64,000 nt of DNA from Octopus vulgaris. Its lineage: Eukaryota. Both the position numbers and the translations under genes were made by a program. Shown piece by piece: positions 13,213 to 25,687 of this stretch. Under the pieces are notes generated by a model. The model was not told the origin of the DNA, made no database searches, and was given only the letters and a program-made list of their open reading frames with translations. How positions within the stretch are numbered: position 1 is the first letter of the stretch; the number at the start of each line of letters is the position of its first letter. Location: contig OX597823.1 in NCBI GenBank assembly GCA_951406725.2, forward strand, positions 79,236,001 through 79,300,000. The letters are read 5' to 3'.

Positions 13213-14030
13213 CTTACAGGATACACCGGTCCACAGGGAATTTCAATCCCAAACCTTAAGTCAGTGAGGGATCTGGGTATCGACATGAGTGATGATACCT
13301 CTTTCCAAGTGCACATTGCCAGGATGGCGACAAAGTGCAGACGACTGGCTGGGTGAATCCTAAGAACATTCAGAACCAGAGATAAGGAAACCATGATGGT
13401 CCTCTGGCGGACATTCGTCCTCAGCCGTCTAGATTACTGCTCACAGCTATGGTCACCCACCAGTGTAAAATTAACAGCGGACCTTGAAGCAATCCAGAGA
13501 AGATTCACAAAGAAGATCGTCTCTTTGCAACAGCTCAGCTACTGGGAAAGGTTGAAACAGCTATGACTCTACTCCCTGGAGAGAAGACGGGAGAGGTATG
13601 CAGTAATATATGTCTGGAAGATCCTGGAAGAAATTGTGACAAATTTTGGCATTGTAAGCTACACCAATGCTAGAACGGGACGAAACTGTTTAGTGCCAAA
13701 GATCCCAGCAATGCCATCACGCTTCAGGACCAGCTTCTGCAACAGCCTGGGTTTCAAGGGCCCACAGCTTTTTAATATTCTCCCAAAGAGTCTGAGGAAC
13801 TTGCACAAAGTAGATGTAGCGGTTTTTAAATCAAAGCTGGACATCTTCCCGTCGAGAGTCCCAGATGAACCTACCTCACGGCAAGAGGTGCAAATGAGAG
13901 TAGCTATATCAAACTCCATTCTTCACCAAGTGCCACATATTAGACGAGGTTCTTCGCAATAACAGTGTAGCACAAAACGGCGGTGCATCAGCATGGCCGC
14001 AGTTCTGAGCTGAAACCAGAGAAAAGGAAA
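13213..14030 (+). mobile_element. CR1-like LINE, 5'-truncated (RT C-terminus and 3' UTR), with stop codons
   Basis: VRDLGIDMS...LSRLDYCSQLWSP...LSYWERLKQL*LYSLERRRERY...GPQLFNILP. Confidence 0.9.
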
Positions 14031-14039
14031 AATATGATA

Positions 14040-14198
14040 GAAATATTACATTTCTAAATGTAATATCTCAGAGAGATATAAGCAGTGGTGGCACGATAGA
14101 GCAGTTGTATACTGCCAATTTAACGTGACAGTCCCATAAATAGCGGTGGTGTGATTGCCTTTATGGGACTGTCACGTTAAATTGACAGTATACAACTG
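14040..14198. mobile_element. Hairpin/MITE-like repeat (family shared with 8570-8805)
   Basis: 39-bp inverted arms 14102-14140 / 14160-14198; shares GTTGTATACTGTCAAT, AACGTGACAGT and GCGGTGGTGT with the other copy. Confidence 0.75.
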
Positions 14199-14214
14199 AT
14201 ATATATATATATAT

Positions 14215-14990
14215 ATAATGTAAAGTATAGAAGCCATCTTATCATGGCTAACCACACTGGGGAGAGGGTGTTACTGTAGCTTTATAGCCCCAAGAGATCT
14301 TCGTCTCTAGCTGGCTTTAGACACAATATCTGTGTTCTTGGAGTATTTGCAAAGGGAGGCCATCCCTTCCTCGCAAGCCTGAGTGATACGCTCGAACTAG
14401 TTTCGGGATTGTTGTCCCTCGTCAACAGGTGGTAACCACCAGGTAGCGATGAAAGTGAAGGCTCCTTTGCAAATATATATAAGTTTTTCTAATGGCGTCT
14501 GCCACTGATCTCTTGGGGCTATAAAGCTACAGTAACACCCCCTCCCCAATGTGGTTAGCCATGATAAGATGGCTTCTATACTTTACATTATCGAGCGATT
14601 ACTGTTTCAATCTCATTCTGAGATTTAATTATGCTTATTGTTTGTTTTTCGACATCAGTGACAGACGCCATTAGAAAAACTTATATATATTTGCAAAGGA
14701 GCCTTCACTTTCATCGCTACCTGGTGGTTACCGCCCGTTGACGAGGGACAACAATCCCGAAACTAGTTCGAGCGTATCACTCAGGCTTGCGAGGAAGGGA
14801 TGCCCTCCCTTTGCAAATACTCCAAGGACACAGATATTGTGTCTAAAGCCAGCTAGAGACGAAGATCTCTTGGGGCTATAAAGCTACAGTAACACCCCCT
14901 CTCCAATGTGGTTAGCCATGATAAGATGGCTTCTATACTTTACATTATCGAGCGATTACTGTTTCAATCTTATTCTGAGATTTAATTATG

Positions 14991-14995
<5 letters not shown>
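14215..14995. mobile_element. Retrozyme/Penelope-like non-autonomous element: 357-bp permuted tandem plus 295-bp inverted copy
   Basis: 14507-14638 is repeated at 14864-14995 (period 357). 14215-14509 is the reverse complement of 14654-14948. (TA)n lies on both flanks. Confidence 0.85.
14732..14774 (+). ncRNA. Minimal type I hammerhead ribozyme (U3 variant)
   Basis: Stem I CGCCCG/CGAGCG (1 mismatch); core TTGACGA; stem II GGGA-CAACAA-TCCC; GAA; palindromic ACTAGT; cleavage after 14768. A second copy lies on the minus strand at 14389-14431. Confidence 0.7.
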
Positions 14996-15065
<70 letters not shown>

Positions 15066-16083
15066 GTGTATATATATGGTACTATGGTATGTCTCTGTGT
15101 GTCTCTGTGTGAATGCAGCCGTCATAATGATTGTATATGTTATCGTAGGTTGGAGTTTCGATTCCTGGAGCGACATTACCTTTCCTCTACTTAGAGCCTG
15201 AGATCTGCCTACAATGAAGAACAAGAAGAGAAATGACTAGAGAGGAAGGTATTCTCTGCTAACACATGCAGATTGATTCATATATGTCATTTAACTACAA
15301 AATTAGACCCACTTTTGCAATACTTTCAGTACAACCCTTGTTTGTTTATATCTGTATATATATAACTGTGTGTGCGTGCGTAATATATGTGTGTGAGCGC
15401 GCACACAAGTGTGTGTGTATGTATGTGTGTATGGCTAAAGCTGTTCTGTCGAATCGAAAGGAAATATCTCGGTAAGGGAGAGGAATTGGAAGAAAGAACT
15501 AAACTATGCTTAGTTAAGTTGTTGACAATTTCACCATAAGACTTTTGGGAATTTCTTGCAAGCAGTTATTAGATTTGGCATTTCTAGCTAATTTGTTTCG
15601 CCAAAGATCAAAATCAATCGGCTGTAAACTGTAACACGTTCTTGTGGTAATCAACGGATGTGACGTTCAACAGTTCTCAACAGGTTCGTTGTTATTTTTC
15701 TGTTCGATCCCGTATTGTAATTCAAAAAGATTGTGCACAGTGATATACACACTCAACTAAACACGCTATATATTCTTTCGATCACGTGCGCGCCCCTGTG
15801 TATGTTGTTGACGTCATAAAAATATTTATAACTTTTCGAAAGAATTTGAAATAATCCTTTATGGGAACGGGAGATGAAAGTACATATGACACTATAAGTA
15901 ATAGTAAGCAAATATTGGGTTCACAAAGTATTCATGGATAAAAAATGTTTACGGGAGATTCACAGTCGTACCCCACGAGCCACCTTCACGTTTTTCGATC
16001 CAAACGTGTTTTTTCAACCCAATATTTTCATACTATTATTCATAACATTATATGTGCGTCGAAATCCATTTCCTACATTTACA

Positions 16084-16173
<90 letters not shown>

Positions 16174-16317
16174 GACAGAGAGATACATACATACATAGAT
16201 GGGATAGATAGACAAATAGATAAATAGATAGATACATACATGTATATATATTCATACTTATATATACAACGTTATATGTATTTACATATGCACACATATA
16301 TACATATTTACATGTAT

Positions 16318-16360
<43 letters not shown>

Positions 16361-16383
16361 GCGTGTATATATATGTGTGTGTG

Positions 16384-16427
<44 letters not shown>

Positions 16428-16431
<4 letters not shown>

Positions 16432-16632
16432 ATCCAAACAAGAACACAAAAAAAAACACAACGCGAGGACGTGGAACAAATATAGTATTATTGGACGCTC
16501 AGGAAAGAAGGGAAGAAGGAGGGTTTAAAGTTTCGAGCGGAGCTCTTCGTCGGAAACATAGGATAAGGAAAGATCCCGAGAAGGGAAGACAGAGGAAAAG
16601 AAATCGCCAACGGTACGCAGGAGGTCACATTT
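16428..16632 (-). mobile_element. Family F element with hammerhead at 16523-16557
   Basis: Reverse complement reads GTTT-CCGACGA-A-GAGCTCCGCTC-GAAAC-TTT-AAAC; the G16.2 position is mutated. Confidence 0.8.
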
Positions 16633-16643
16633 TGAAAGACATA

Positions 16644-16890
16644 TACGAAGTCTGATCATTAAGTATCTGAATTGTTGGCACGTGAGGAGAAATCGTCAAA
16701 TCCCCATCTGTGAGTTATCAGAGGACCTGCAGATTAGTTACAGTTCATTTCAGTCCATTATCACTGAAGATTTGGGTATGAGACGTTTGATTGCCATGTT
16801 TGTGCTTTCAGCCTACAAAAAAAAGACACTCGCATTTCAGTTGCACAAGATCTCTTTGATTGTGTCGAGAAAGATGAAAACTTATTGAAA
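16644..16890 (+). mobile_element. Mariner remnant (TIR and transposase HTH region)
   Basis: TACGAAGTCTGATCATTAAGTATC TIR-like start; RNRQIPICELSEDLQISYSSFQSIITEDLGMRR; homologous to 63520-63960. Confidence 0.75.
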
Positions 16891-16964
16891 CTGTGTGCAG
16901 GTCTCTGTGCTGGTTGCCTTTATAACATTGACAGAAGTAGTTAAGTTTAACCCTAGGCGTTAAG

Positions 16965-17020
16965 AGTCGCCGAAGAGGATTAAGATGCTGTACATAAAAA
17001 TCTGAAGTCGCGATCCGACT
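16965..17020 (+). ncRNA. Type I hammerhead ribozyme (C4 variant, A15.1 mutated to G)
   Basis: Stem I AGTCG/CGACT; core CCGAAGA; stem II GGATT/AATCT; GAA-G-TCGCGA-T-C with a palindromic stem III. Confidence 0.6.
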
Positions 17021-17149
17021 ATGTATGCAGGGTACTTACCGCCCTCTGTCGGTCATTAAGTTCAGTGCTTTGGTAGCTTTTGAGTTATTCTAACACTTAC
17101 TTTTAGCAAACGTGGTGCTAGTCAGTACCCTGTGTTGCTTTTGTGCCCA

Positions 17150-17209
<60 letters not shown>

Positions 17210-17289
17210 ACACATATATATATATATATATCGTATATCATATATATATATATACATAGCTGTATGTGTGTATGTATATATATATATAT

Positions 17290-17475
17290 ATAAATTTATA
17301 ACTTAGGGTATCTACGAGATAACGCCATGCTGAAAATAGCAGCCATGATCTGACTCTAAAACCACCTTAAGTGTTCATATAGCACACGGAGAGAAGACAG
17401 AAAGACAAAATAAAACTTGTAAATATTTACTGGATAATTTCGTATAATTAGTAGATACCCTAAGATTTAAATTTA
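17290..17475. mobile_element. Small inverted-repeat element
   Basis: CTTAGGGTATCTAC (17302-17315) / GTAGATACCCTAAG (17451-17464), extended by AT-rich imperfect arms. Confidence 0.45.
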
Positions 17476-17574
17476 AATAATTATTACCTTTGGAAGTTAT
17501 TATTTCCATGCTGGCCACTTGACAGGATCGTTGTTTTATTTTAAATTTACGATCTTTTCCTGATATACTCTCTT

Positions 17575-17803
17575 AACTCTTTTACTCTTTTAATTGTTTC
17601 AGTCATTTGACTGCGGCCATGCTGGAGCATCGCCTTTAGTCGAGCAACTCGACCCCGAGACTTATTGTTTTGTAAGCCCAGTACTTATTCTATCGGTCTC
17701 TTTTGCCGAATCGCTAAGTAACGGGGACAAAAACACACCAGCATCGGTTGTCAAGCAATGCTAGAGGGACAAACACAGACACACAAACACACAAACACAC
17801 ACA

Positions 17804-17853
<50 letters not shown>

Positions 17854-18021
17854 TACGACGGGCTTCTTTTTCAGTTTCCGTCTACCAAATCCACTCACAA
17901 GGCTTTGGTCGGCCCGAGGCTATAGTAGAAGACACTTGCCCAAGGTGCCACGCAGTCGGACTGAACCCGGAACCATGTGGTTGGTAAACAAGCTACTTAC
18001 CACACAGCCACTCCTGCGCCT
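17575..18021 (-). mobile_element. SINE family A, full length
   Basis: tRNA-like head AGGCGCAGGAGTGGCTGTGTGGTAAG...GGTTCAGTCC, central (TA)/(TG) tract and tail CATGGCCGCAGTCAAATGACTGAAAC. Confidence 0.92.
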
Positions 18022-18656
18022 GTGTATATACATACACACACATCCCCTCCCCCAAAATTTCGGGCCTTGTGCCTAGAGTAGAAAAGAAATTTACACTTTA
18101 GTATTTCAAGATAATATTTTATTTAATTTTGGTAAATATGTCAAAATGAGAGTTTCTGTGCGTATTTGTATACATGCGTGATCCTGTTTGTGTGAGTATA
18201 GGTCTATTCATTTTTACGTGTCTAGTGAAAAAATATGAAGTAAAAAAATAAACATTTATAATAGACAATGCAAAATCCAACCTAAACAGTAAAAAAACAC
18301 TTCTAGAAGCGTTCTTAAAACCGAACAAGTTTGCTTAGAATAGGAACCTATTAATATTTAAACGACACCGATTTCGAGTTTGAACGGAGAAACAAATTAA
18401 CTGTAAATGTCATACTGACACTTTGTATGAATTCCCTAATGCCTCGTGTGGAATTTGTCAGCGACATAATTGCAAAGAGTTCATTTCTTTCGACCAATCC
18501 GTCTCCTACAAAGACAGATATCCGCTTTCGATTTGATGGCTTTCGAATCAATATACATACATACACACATACATATATACATATACACATACATATATAC
18601 AGTCATACACATATTCTTTTGTGTGTGTGTATGTATGCAAATATATTATATACGAA

Positions 18657-18689
<33 letters not shown>

Positions 18690-19614
18690 ATATTTATGTA
18701 ATATATATATATACAAATGTGTGTGTAGACAGATAGATAGATAGGTAGGTAGGAAGGTAGATAGACAGACTGACAGACAGACAGACAGACAGACAGATAG
18801 ATAGAAAGATGTTGTTGTTAAGTAACGCTCTAGGGAAGAACTCAATACTATCTACGCATGATTGATTGATTGAATTAGCTTATTTATACCATTACCCTGG
18901 AGATGCACTCTCGACGTCCAGCCGCCTCTTCAGACGAGATCAATCTGGCGAAAGGACAGATTTGAGCACTGTTTTTGCAGACGTAGCTCGGTAGAAGGCC
19001 ATATAAAATAGTACGCACGTAAAAAGCAATATGAACTATGTTAACGACAAAATATAGAGTAACGAGTAAGAAAAAAGAGGAAGGGAATGTTCTAATAAAT
19101 ATTCATACACACAGATATAAACGCAGTGCATCTACACTTTTATATATACGCATTTAGCCATATGCTTGTACAAACAGACGCCCACGTTCACAAATATATG
19201 CCAGCAATTTTCACCACTATCTATTGAAGCCTTCGGAACTTTCCAGAATAAAGAATGTGTAACCAAAGGAAGATGACCGAACAAAACCTCGGGACAGTAC
19301 AAAAATAAAGTAAAAATAAAAGAGACCATAACTCAGTCTAATGGAGCCAAAATTAAGGAGGAGTGATGATAACAGAGAAATAGATTATGGATGGTCATCC
19401 TAATAGCAATATGAATAATAACTATTATTATAAAAAATTATATATAAAATTTCTTTTCTATAAATGAACCCTTTTTCTTCTCTATAAAAATATAACCCCT
19501 TTTTTTTTCTATAAAAATAATATCACTTTTTTTTCTATGAAAATGATAACACTTTTTTTTATATAAAAATAATAACACTTTCTTTCTACAAAGATGATCA
19601 CCCTTTTTTTCTAT

Positions 19615-20280
19615 GGTCTGAAATTTTGGGAAGGAGACTAATCGATTTCATCGATCCCAGTGCGTAACTTGCATTTATTTCATCGACCGCGAAGGAATGA
19701 GAGGCAAAGTTGACCTTGGCGAAATTTGAACTCAGAATGTAAAGACACCGTTAATCATTTTCTCCGGCTTGCTTACGTTTCCGCCAGCTCGCCAGCTAAA
19801 TATTCTTTCTCTTTAAGGGTCAAACCCAAACATTTTAAGGTGATGCAGGTCGATTAAATCGACCACAGTGTTCGAAGGCTACCTATTTTATCAACTCCAG
19901 AAGGCTGAAAGGCAAAGTTTGAACACGGCGGAATTTGAACTCAGAATGTTAAGACTATCGAAATACTACAAAACATTTTGACCGGCATACTAAACATTCT
20001 GCCAGCTCATCATTGTAAAAAGCGGGTTCCAAATCTTGGCACAGGGCCAGCAATTTAGGGGGATGACGTAAGTCGATTATGTCAGACTCGACTGGTACTT
20101 ATTTTATCTACTCTGAACGTTTGAAAGGAAACTTTGTCCTCAGCGGAATTTGATCTCGGAACGTGAGGACTGCCGACATGCAGCTAAGCATTTTGTCTGG
20201 CGAGCTAAGAATTCCTCCAGCATAACGCCCATATAATAAGTGTTTCCATTATAGGCACAAGGGTTGAAAAGTTTGAAGAC
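19615..20280 (-). mobile_element. Cluster of degenerate SINE family B copies
   Basis: Three repeats of AGGCAAAGT..AC..CGGCGGAATTTGAACTCAGAA. Confidence 0.75.
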
Positions 20281-20382
<102 letters not shown>

Positions 20383-21073
20383 TGATAGATAGATATAGAT
20401 GGAGAGAGAGAGAGAGAGATGTATATACGCAAGCATTAATTGTTTATAAACGTTGCCAATGGATTAGAACATCCTTTACTGAGAAAAACGAAGACGATCG
20501 AAACACATTTATGGCTTCCATCTGTAGAATTAAAAAAGAAGACTGCAGACATTAGCAATGTGTCCATTTTCCCAAAAGTGACATATTTAAAGAACCCTGG
20601 GTTCATATCAACTTATGAAATACATCATAAATGCTCTTTTATTCAAATTTCTATACTTCAGAAGACGCGAGTTACATGAAAGCCTATATACGATCTAAGA
20701 AAAATACAATCATTTCTGTTGAAATACTTTGATAATAGAAGACTCAGAAAAACATCTTATTCCTATTCACTGCACATCGGTATGTACAGTGATTTACATA
20801 TATACGTTCACTATGGCGTTTGCCATAAAATCTCGCTTTTGTGCAAGCATATAAATATGCAGTATTTGACATCAAAAGTGTTCTCTCATTTCAGCAACAT
20901 ATATTTAGGAGACACCTTCTTGGAGTATTAAAGCTTATGAAAGATCCAGCTTTGTCCCAGAGTGATTTTTTTCAGATACTATTTAGGAAAAAGTGTGTCT
21001 CAGATACAACCACATATGGAAAATGTATATATATATATATATATATGTAGACAAATATTATGCATGTTCTTTG

Positions 21074-21114
<41 letters not shown>

Positions 21115-21231
21115 GCACAAACACACATAGTAGGTGGTCTACTTGACAAGTTATATTTCATTTTAACTTTACCTTTTAAGTAAGTGTGACACACACAAGT
21201 ACGTACGTAGATATTAGCATATTCAATTTTA

Positions 21232-21266
<35 letters not shown>

Positions 21267-21621
21267 AGAACAAAGTGTACGTACGCCGCTATAAATAAAT
21301 ATATATATATATATATATAATACAAAACGGGACAAGAACGCAAAACATCCGGACAACTAGATGATACAAAAAGAGACAACAAAACATCCAGATAGACGAT
21401 ACCGAAAAACAAGGACGGTTTATTCGAAACTTCCTATCCTTAGTCAATAACCAGATCATCCTCGCAATTTCGGCTGATTAATCTAGAGGTTGCTCCAATC
21501 TGGCCAGCCCCAAAGAAAACCTAAGCTAAGACCATTAGATTTCTTGGAAGAAAGCATCGAATGTATACGAAAACAAGGACGGAAAAACAGGCGATGTTAC
21601 ACGAATATAAAAAAAGAGATC

Positions 21622-21663
<42 letters not shown>

Positions 21664-21689
21664 TAATAATAATAATAACAGGACATAAC

Positions 21690-21892
21690 AACTGGTGTCT
21701 TTCGACTGGAGATGAATTGAATTCAGCTGGCGTGTGTGGAAATGAAGCCTTACGGCAGAGATACAAAACTTTCACAGAGACAGGGAAGAATATCGATATT
21801 GCAGTGACCACAGTCAGACGCAAAAAGAGGGTTGGCAGTCTGAGCTCTCGGTCACGTATTGGTTTCATGATGCAAATAAGAAAACGCTTATG
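21690..21892 (+). mobile_element. Degenerate RTE-like LINE 3' fragment
   Basis: ORF end RRKKRVGSLSSRSRIGF resembles the RTE C-terminal SRIGLxSH motif. Confidence 0.4.
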
Positions 21893-22097
21893 GGTGAATT
21901 CTGTCAGTGGATTTTGTGAACTAAAGCTGAATATATGCATGCATGCATGCATGCATGTATGTATGTATGTACGTATGAATGTATGTATGTTAGATGTTTG
22001 TATATATGTATGTATACATGCATTTAGGTACGGATGCACGTATATGCATATGCCTATATAGTATGTGTATATATATATTATATATTAAATTGAAGTT

Positions 22098-22459
22098 TAA
22101 CCACATGGTTCCGGGTTCAGTCCCACTGCGTGGCAACTTGGGCAAGTGTCTTCTACTATAGCCGCGGGCCGACCAAAGCCTTGTGAGTGGATTTGGTAGA
22201 CGGAAACTGAAAGAAGCCCGTCGTATGTATGTATATTTATATGCTTGTGTGTGTTTGTGTGTCTGTGTTTGTCCCCCTAGCATTGCTTGACAACCGATGC
22301 TGGTGTGTTTACGTCCCCGTCACTTAGCGGTTCGGCAACGAGACCGATAGAATAAGTACTGGGCTTACAAAGAATAAGTCCCGGGGTCGATTTGCTCCAC
22401 TAAAGGTGGTGCTCCAGCATGGCCGCAGTCAAATGACTGAAACAAGTAAAAGAGTAAAG
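22098..22459 (+). mobile_element. SINE family A, 5'-truncated
   Basis: High similarity to 17575-18021. Confidence 0.9.
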
Positions 22460-22498
22460 AGAGAGAGAGTATATACATATATATATGCAGCACGAAGC

Positions 22499-22549
22499 TT
22501 TGTCAGTGAACAGGTCGCGGTCTCAAAGCGACGAAAATATTTTGACAAA
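22499..22549 (+). ncRNA. Type I hammerhead ribozyme with G3:C8 core swap
   Basis: Stem I TTTGTCA/TGACAAA (7 bp perfect); core GTGAACA+G; stem II GTCGC/GCGAC; GAA; palindromic AATATT; cleavage after U22542. Sits in a ~200-bp element (22487-22690) between (TA)n tracts. Confidence 0.7.
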
Positions 22550-23250
22550 TTAAATTTAAATGTTGAAGTGAATCTAACGGTTTTGTGTGTTTCTTAAATG
22601 GCTTATAAACACCTTCCACGCTGCAATTGTTTTTGTTTCATCACACGGTCTCAGATCAAGTCACTCGCTATGCAAGTACATCTCCGTAATATATATATAT
22701 ATATATATATATATATCTTTTCTTTTACTTCTCTCTTATCCGCGCGTTTTTATGCTTGAAATCGATAGACGAATTACTGAAAGAATTAATAGATAAAAGA
22801 TATACACAAGTGGGTGTGTGAGTGTGCGTGCGTACGTGCGTGTGTGTGTGTATGTGCGTGCGTGAATGTGTATGTGTTTGCATTTGACTGTCTGTTTTTA
22901 TGTGCAAACGGCGGTATATTTGTGTTTGCGTGTATGTAAGTACTGCTATCTGTGCCTTTGTACGTGTATATAAATTTATATAAACTTCCTTCTGAGCTAA
23001 GAATATACAGCGAGTCTGTATAAACTATTGATTCGAGGAAGGAAAATGGAGGTGTTTCGCTCCTTCTTTGCTGCACATTATTTGCATAGAGACAATGTGC
23101 TCAAAACTTTATTCCACATGTTTACATTCAGGTTTGTAATCATCGAACTTATTGAATTTCTTCAGATTTACGTATGTAAATATGTCGATGTATACATACA
23201 TGCATGTATGTGTGTGTGTATGCATTTCCATATTTGGTTATATATATATA

Positions 23251-23310
<60 letters not shown>

Positions 23311-23316
23311 TGTATG

Positions 23317-23356
<40 letters not shown>

Positions 23357-23406
23357 AATATATATATATATACATATATGTATAAATATACATATATATA
23401 TATATG

Positions 23407-23463
<57 letters not shown>

Positions 23464-24481
23464 GTGTATATATGTATATATATATATACGCATGCATATG
23501 AAAATGTATATAGAAACGTTATTTCTTTGTATAATTTCTAACAATTTTATCCAACGTTCGTTTTTATCATAATTAGCGGCTCTTGAACTCTTTATGCAGA
23601 AGGAATTAAACGTAATGCAACCGCTTATTAGTTGAAAAATTCCGGCTATTGTTATCAGAACTTTCAGATAAGCTATTGCACAACCACTGTAATCACTACC
23701 AAAATCAAAAGAATGCGCTCTAGGCATACAGACGTAGTATGTGTATGAAGATGTTTGTGATGGGAAATCTCAGAGTTACATCGGTGTCGGAATATCTTCT
23801 ATTTTCATTGGGTGTAGAAGTACTGAATCGTATTGAATTCGGTCGCTACGACTGAATTACCTTGTGAATATGTGTTCATAGTAGAAGCCATTTATGATAA
23901 TTACAGTTAATATTGGCAAAGGGTTGTTGTTAATCTTATGTTAATAAAATGTTATTACGAGATTCCTTAATATGATTTAGAGATATATAGAATTGAGTTG
24001 ACTTTGTCAGTGTCCACCGTATTTTCATAAAGTATTAAATGAATACCTACAAAAGAATATATGTTCGTGATCTCGCACTGAAACGGCATAACATATTTTG
24101 AGAACTTGGAGTCAAACTTCTCTCAAATCGTATATATTTTCTTTCGAGAAAACAGGTCGAGAAAAGTATGGGGAAGCTGTGACGAAGCTTTTTCTTTCTA
24201 GATCTCACTATCTATGTCTAAAATAGCATAAAACACACACACACACCACACCACCACCACCACCACACACAAGCATAGACGCGCGCGCACGTGCACACAC
24301 AGAAAAGATTGAGATATCGCGAGATGGAGGAGTTTGACGGTGATGAAGGCGGTAGTATGTTTGTGAAATCAAAATTATTTTTCTGTCAGTCTCTTTTGCG
24401 TCTTTGTTTGATTCACCTTATCTCTCCCTTTCTTTCTTTCTCATATTTTCTGTCTCTTTCAGTCTCCCAATTTCACACACA

Positions 24482-24534
<53 letters not shown>

Positions 24535-25159
24535 ACTCGAACAATGGAATAAGGAAACAGAGGGAATGAGACAGAAAGAGAGAGAGAGAGAATGCGAGAG
24601 CGTGAGCATTCACTGAGTAACACATTTTAATAACAACGTTCTTTGCAAAACCTTTCTTCATTGAAGTATTAATGTAATTTTTATTGGATTCAATTTCAAA
24701 AGTTGTACGGCGTAGAGTAGAATTCGTACTGCAACACCTCAAAATATCTCTGTTGGCTTTAATTACGAAAACATTAATATTAAAGGCATCATCGCAACTC
24801 GATTTTAAAAGCACAGCTGAGATCTGTAAGATGCATTTCATATCAAAAATTTTGACTCAAACAAAAGCATCTGAATCAAAACCTGCAACGGTCTTAGTTC
24901 TCGGTGACGGATTTTTTTTTACACAACGCTTACACTAATTTTCATTTCCTAAATTGTACAATCTTCTAAAAGAATGCAGATTTGCATTTACAGCAATATT
25001 AAATAATATACCCGTATATGTTAATAAAATATTGCTTTAAAATTTTGGTAAAAGGCCACAAATTTCGTGGGCAAGTTAAGTCGATTACATCGAATCCAAT
25101 ATTCAACTGCTACTTATCTTACCGACCCCTAACACATTCAAGCCTTATGAGCGGATTAG

Positions 25160-25490
25160 GAATCATGGCTCAATGGTTAGAGCGTCGAGCGTACGATCAT
25201 GAGGTTGTGAGTTCGAATCCCGGACCTGGCTGCGTGTTGTGTTTTTGAGCAAGACACTTTATTTCACATTTCTCCAGTTCACTCAGCTGTAGAAATGAGT
25301 TGCGACGTCACAGGTGCCAAGCTGTATCAGCCTTTGCCTTTCCATTGGATAACACTGGTGGCGTGGAGAGGGGAGGCCGGTATGCATGGGAGACTACTGG
25401 TCCTCCATAAACAACCTTGCCCGGACTTGTGCCTGGGAGGGTAACTCTCTAGGTGCAATCCCATGGTCAGTCATGACCGAAGGGGGGTCT
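25160..25490 (+). mobile_element. SINE family C
   Basis: tRNA head TGGCTCAATGGTTAGAGCG...GAGTTCGAATCCC, TTGAGCAAGACACTTTA core and CCCATGGTCA.TCATGACCGAAGGGGG tail. Confidence 0.9.
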
Positions 25491-25626
25491 CAGCATATGC
25501 ATATATATTAATAGTAAGGCAACAAAAGAATGAAAGAGACCTTGATATTATGTAAATAGAGGAATTTATCAGTAACATACGTGACAAATTATTCGGTTGC
25601 CATAATAAGGCTCCGAGGATTGCCTC

Positions 25627-25687
25627 GATAACTGAAGAGGTGCCGGAGCAGGTTTCCGCCCCGACATCCGAAACTCGGAGTCTTATT
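25627..25687 (+). ncRNA. Type I hammerhead ribozyme (canonical core)
   Basis: Stem I GATAA/TTATT; CTGAAGA (25632-25638); GC-rich stem II; GAAAC-TCGGA-GTC; cleavage after 25682. Confidence 0.75.

Noticed and set aside
21440-21530. Minus-strand GGCTG...CAGCC-GAAA hammerhead-like half
   Set aside because: No recognisable 5' core or stem I; only an unclassified (TA)n-adjacent repeat.
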